This document shows, piece after piece, positions 61,001 through 64,000 of a stretch of 64,000 bases of DNA. A program made the position numbers and the translations under genes. A model generated the notes under the pieces. That model was given only the letters and a program-made list of their open reading frames with translations. It had not been told where the DNA came from and searched no databases. Numbering within the stretch: the first letter of the stretch is position 1; the number at the start of each line of letters is the position of its first letter. Source of the stretch: Diadema antillarum (lineage: Eukaryota); NCBI RefSeq assembly GCF_040938485.1, contig NW_027271701.1:186001-250000 (forward strand), in the 5' to 3' direction.

Positions 61001-62246
61001 CAATTCAGTGCCTAAATATGTCAATGTAGGACAATTTGTCAATCAGATGCATTAAAAAAAAACCGTGACGGAAGAGTTTCATGAATTTGAAAACAAAACA
61101 AACCTTGGCGCCCTTTGTGGAGCATCATGTAGCTACATATGGAAGTTGTGTGTAACATGTACAAAGTATATGGTGTCTGTCATGTAATTTTAAGTGTCAC
61201 TTGTGTGTTTACTCCCATCATGTTTTAGAATGAGATGACAGAGTTAGATGAACTAATACAACAGGTGAACGGTGTCAAGTACTCTGCCCAAGCTGCATCC
61301 ATTTTAGGTAAGAAAATATACTGGTTTATATTATAAAGTGTCCATCTTCATTATATACAGTCAACTTTGCCGGAGTCAAATCCAAAGGGACTTGAAGAAA
61401 ATCCTCCAACTTGCCTGAATTTTGACTCTTACAATAGAGTCAACATGTGTTTATATCCATCTGGGGTAGAATTTTGTCTTTGTCTAGCCAAATTTGTGAC
61501 TTATTAAAGGTTGACTGCAGATGTTTTGCCTGTGATCACAATGATCAACTTTTTCCGTTTCATATGACATTTTTTTTTAGTAAAGTAGTCCATCGCCCTG
61601 CGACCCATTAGTTACAATCTGTTCAAATTGCCACTCTCAACTTTATTTTTACTCTTTTTCTTATGCTAAATGCTAGTGTTTTGGTTTGCTATACAAATGA
61701 ATTATGTATTCGACAAATGTCATGCGCAACAAAAACTTTGAGCAGGCAACACGACTTGGTGCTCCATGAATTTTCTATACTTCTTATGTGTTACTTTGTA
61801 TATCCACTTTTATATATTTTTTTCTGAGATAAGCTGTCATAAAGGGAATACAATGATTATTGTCAATGTTGAAGCAAATTTAGAGAAAGTACAGTGTACA
61901 TTGTTTTCTAACCATGGAATACCTCATCTTTACTTTGTCAACAGATTCGGAGGAAGTAACCGACAGCCTAGCCAAACTAAGTGTGACGCCGACTGCCAAC
62001 TCCGCCCCAGTCAGCCAGCGCCTCGGCCAGTACCTATCCGCCGCGGAGGTCAACCCAGCCAAGCCGAATCTGGTGCCGTTCCCGCCGGACTTCAAGCCAG
62101 TGCCCTGCAAGCCCCTCTTCTTCGACATCGCCCTCAACCACGTGGAGTTCCCATCCCTGGAGGAGAAGCTGGAGACCAAGAAGGCTGCTCCAGGAGCCGG
62201 CATAGGTGGCTTCCTGAGGGGCTGGTGGGGCGGGGGCAAGAAATGA
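52208..62246 (+). CDS. SRP68: Signal recognition particle subunit SRP68, 601 aa, 12 exons
   Basis: Exons 52208-52289, 54874-54940, 55680-55793, 56449-56644, 57017-57099, 57743-57926, 58279-58521, 59463-59690, 59870-59964, 60438-60570, 61229-61307, 61945-62246; all GT/AG, 1806 nt. Motifs QQQHGMRHGDYQRYR, AERAWSYAMQLK, IRYCAYNIGD, PQDLIRLYDIILQN, PCKPLFFDIALNHV. Confidence 0.97.
52707..52832. mobile_element. Palindromic pogo/Tc1-type MITE with TA TSD
   Basis: TA|CCGTAGTT...AACTACGG|TA; ~60-bp arms with one mismatch and a 6-nt loop. Confidence 0.85.
52845..53066. mobile_element. Tc1/mariner-type MITE
   Basis: TIRs CTGTAAAAGTGG.ATTTT / AAAATTCCCACTTTTACAG; TA present on the right flank only. 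Confidence 0.65.
53643..54156. mobile_element. MITE-like element with TTTG(C/T)GGCAGGGG inverted ends (related to 36397-37088)
   Basis: TTTGTGGCAGGGGG...CCAGTTTGTGGCAC on the left; CCCCTGCCGCAAA twice on the right. Confidence 0.45.
54973..55031. repeat. (GAT)n/(AAT)n microsatellite in SRP68 intron 2
   Basis: Trinucleotide run. Confidence 0.95.
55791..55880 (+). repeat. 3 x 30-bp tandem repeat containing the SRP68 exon 3 splice donor
   Basis: C(A/T)GGTCAGTTTGTTACTGTCAAGATACTGT at 55791, 55821 and 55851. Confidence 0.97.
56015..56187. mobile_element. Inverted-repeat Penelope-like tail with hammerhead ribozyme-like core, SRP68 intron 3
   Basis: ~80-bp arms; plus-strand core CTGAAGA(56103-09)-A-GTCAATT-GAT-AATTGGC-GAAA-TGTC. 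Confidence 0.75.
57156..57307. repeat. Imperfect 152-nt foldback hairpin in SRP68 intron 5
   Basis: ~70-bp arms with about 14 differences by my alignment, 9-nt loop. Confidence 0.8.
58565..58946. mobile_element. Kolobok-like MITE (382 bp) with TTAA TSD, SRP68 intron 7
   Basis: TTAA|AGGGATCGTACAGTTTTG ... CAATACTGTACTATCCCT|TTAA. Confidence 0.8.
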
Positions 62247-64000
62247 GGGGGAGGGGGGCAAAATTTACCCTCTCCTGGAGATGTAAGAGACATATATGTA
62301 TAACTATAAAACTATAAACACACAAGAAAATGTGCCAGAGAGACCAAATTATTTGGAAAGACAGAAAAGTCCTGGCAGTCAATGCAGACATGGAGAAATG
62401 GTGATAATATGGTGATAATGAGTATTTTTTTTTTTCTCTTCCTGTTTGGATGCAAGAAATCATGGAAGCTCGCTTGAGTTCAATTCCAACGTCTGAGTTC
62501 AGTGTTCAGAAAATGCCACAAGTCTTGTAACATTTTGGTCATTTTATCTTCATCACAAACTCGAGTAGATTTCAGACAAGAAGAGTTGCTGTAGAACAAG
62601 TAAGTCTCAGATGTAAACATTTGTGGAACATTTTTATCTAACAGCCTTCAGCAAGATGCTGTAGCCTGTGCAGTCTAAGTACTGCTTATGACTAATTTGT
62701 TTTTAACTAATATCTCATCCGTGAAGTCAGCATTGTCGATGTCGATTAGAACTGTAGCTGATAAATTCCCCACATTTACTGTTAATTTGCTTTGGGAACT
62801 GGACAATCACAACCCTGTGAGAAACATCATGTAGAGGTTAACTTTGAGAAAGAGAGGAGAATACCAAATTGTACTAAGAGTATTAAAGCAAGTAATGTCA
62901 AAGACCACACATCTCTGTGAAATATCGAAGCTGTAAACTCAGGTATGAGGAGAAGAGACTTTGCATTACACTGTGGCGAGAACCTTATTGAAAAGTATTG
63001 TCCTTGTGATTTGTCTTTGTAGGTTATTTTGGCATTTTTTTTAAAGTTTGAGTCCAATATACATGTATTTAGGTATCCATCCTAACATGCTGTGCTAAAA
63101 GAAATGAGAGACATATTTGTTTCACTTGAAAACAACTGAGCAGTGTTCACTCGCCTTAGTCAGCCAGCTTTCTCCTTGGAGTTTTTGATACATAGTGGCC
63201 TCAGTGATGAGTGAGGATTTGTTTCTTTAAACAATCTGGGAACGAACAGAAGAAATTGAACAACAATTGATATTGTGTGCCTCATGTGAGCTGGAAAATT
63301 TGTGTCTTTTCTTTTAGAAAGAGTGTGACTGGCAAGAGATTGTCCCTTGTGAAGGAATAGGACCGCCATTCAGAATGCAACATTTTGTATGTGAGAGGTG
63401 CATCTTTGATTTGCTGCTTCAAGAAGTTTGATTCCAAGTTTATGAACTTCAATGTGTACATGCCTTGACTGTCCTGCAATTGAAATCTCCATATGCACTA
63501 GTTGCATACTGTCATGTACTGTGGAATAGGGGTAAAAATGCTGTTGTCATCAAGCGTCATATCATAATTCTTAGTACATCTACGTACATCTGGCTTTATG
63601 GAGAAGCTGCTATCGGGGTTACATCTTCAAGGTGGCTGTCCCCATCGCATTTCTTGGAAATGGTAGTTTCACTCATTGCAACCACTATTGGAGGATATGG
63701 GTGTCTCTTGCAGTTACCAGAGTATTCAAGTGTATGCAAACCATATCAAGAAAGGTTGTCGAGTTTGGTCGAGACGACCAGGAAAGCCCAAGGCTTGCTC
63801 AACATAGCGACAACTAATGCATGCAAACGGGATCCTAGGTACTGAAGGACATTGAGTATATATGTACAAGGTGGATGGATAATTTCATAACGGGTACTCA
63901 AAACAAAACCAAAAATCTACATATTGTAGACTGGTGAACCAGTATGAATTGGCAGAAAGACAATGTTTGTAGGCATCAAAGTGTTGGAGCCATGCTTACA

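Noticed and set aside
62230-62246. SRP68 C-terminal GGGKK as an ER-retrieval signal
   Set aside because: Lysines are at -1/-2, not the -3/-4 of KKxx, and SRP68 is a soluble protein.
63465-63845. ORFs near the right edge as a further gene or TE
   Set aside because: No recognisable motif in any frame; cannot be assigned without the next window.

Overview
Eukaryotic genomic DNA with spliceosomal introns and microsatellites. It is probably from a sea urchin or other echinoderm, inferred from the repeat families and not proven. Five host genes could be rebuilt exon by exon with GT/AG junctions and consistent phases: a rolling stone/FAR-17a-AIG1-like membrane protein (4097-7443, +), two tandem secreted lipocalins (13615-17141 and 19863-23502, +), dynactin p25 DCTN5 (27830-52122, -) and SRP68 (52208-62246, +). 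DCTN5 and SRP68 are head-to-head with only 85 bp between their ATGs. Mobile DNA is abundant: the 5' half of a decayed Ty3/Gypsy LTR element (1-3282, -), an apparently intact 12.9-kb Academ transposon and a tyrosine-recombinase remnant in DCTN5 intron 4, a Sola2-like element, Kolobok-like and Tc1/mariner MITEs, a tRNA-derived SINE, LINE fragments and Penelope-type foldbacks with hammerhead-like cores. The standout observation is that the Gypsy Gag starts with a domain that aligns over its full length to the N-terminal oligomerisation domain of TDP-43 (TARDBP), a host RNA-binding protein known to restrain retrotransposons. All homology calls are by eye against remembered sequences; no database search was run.
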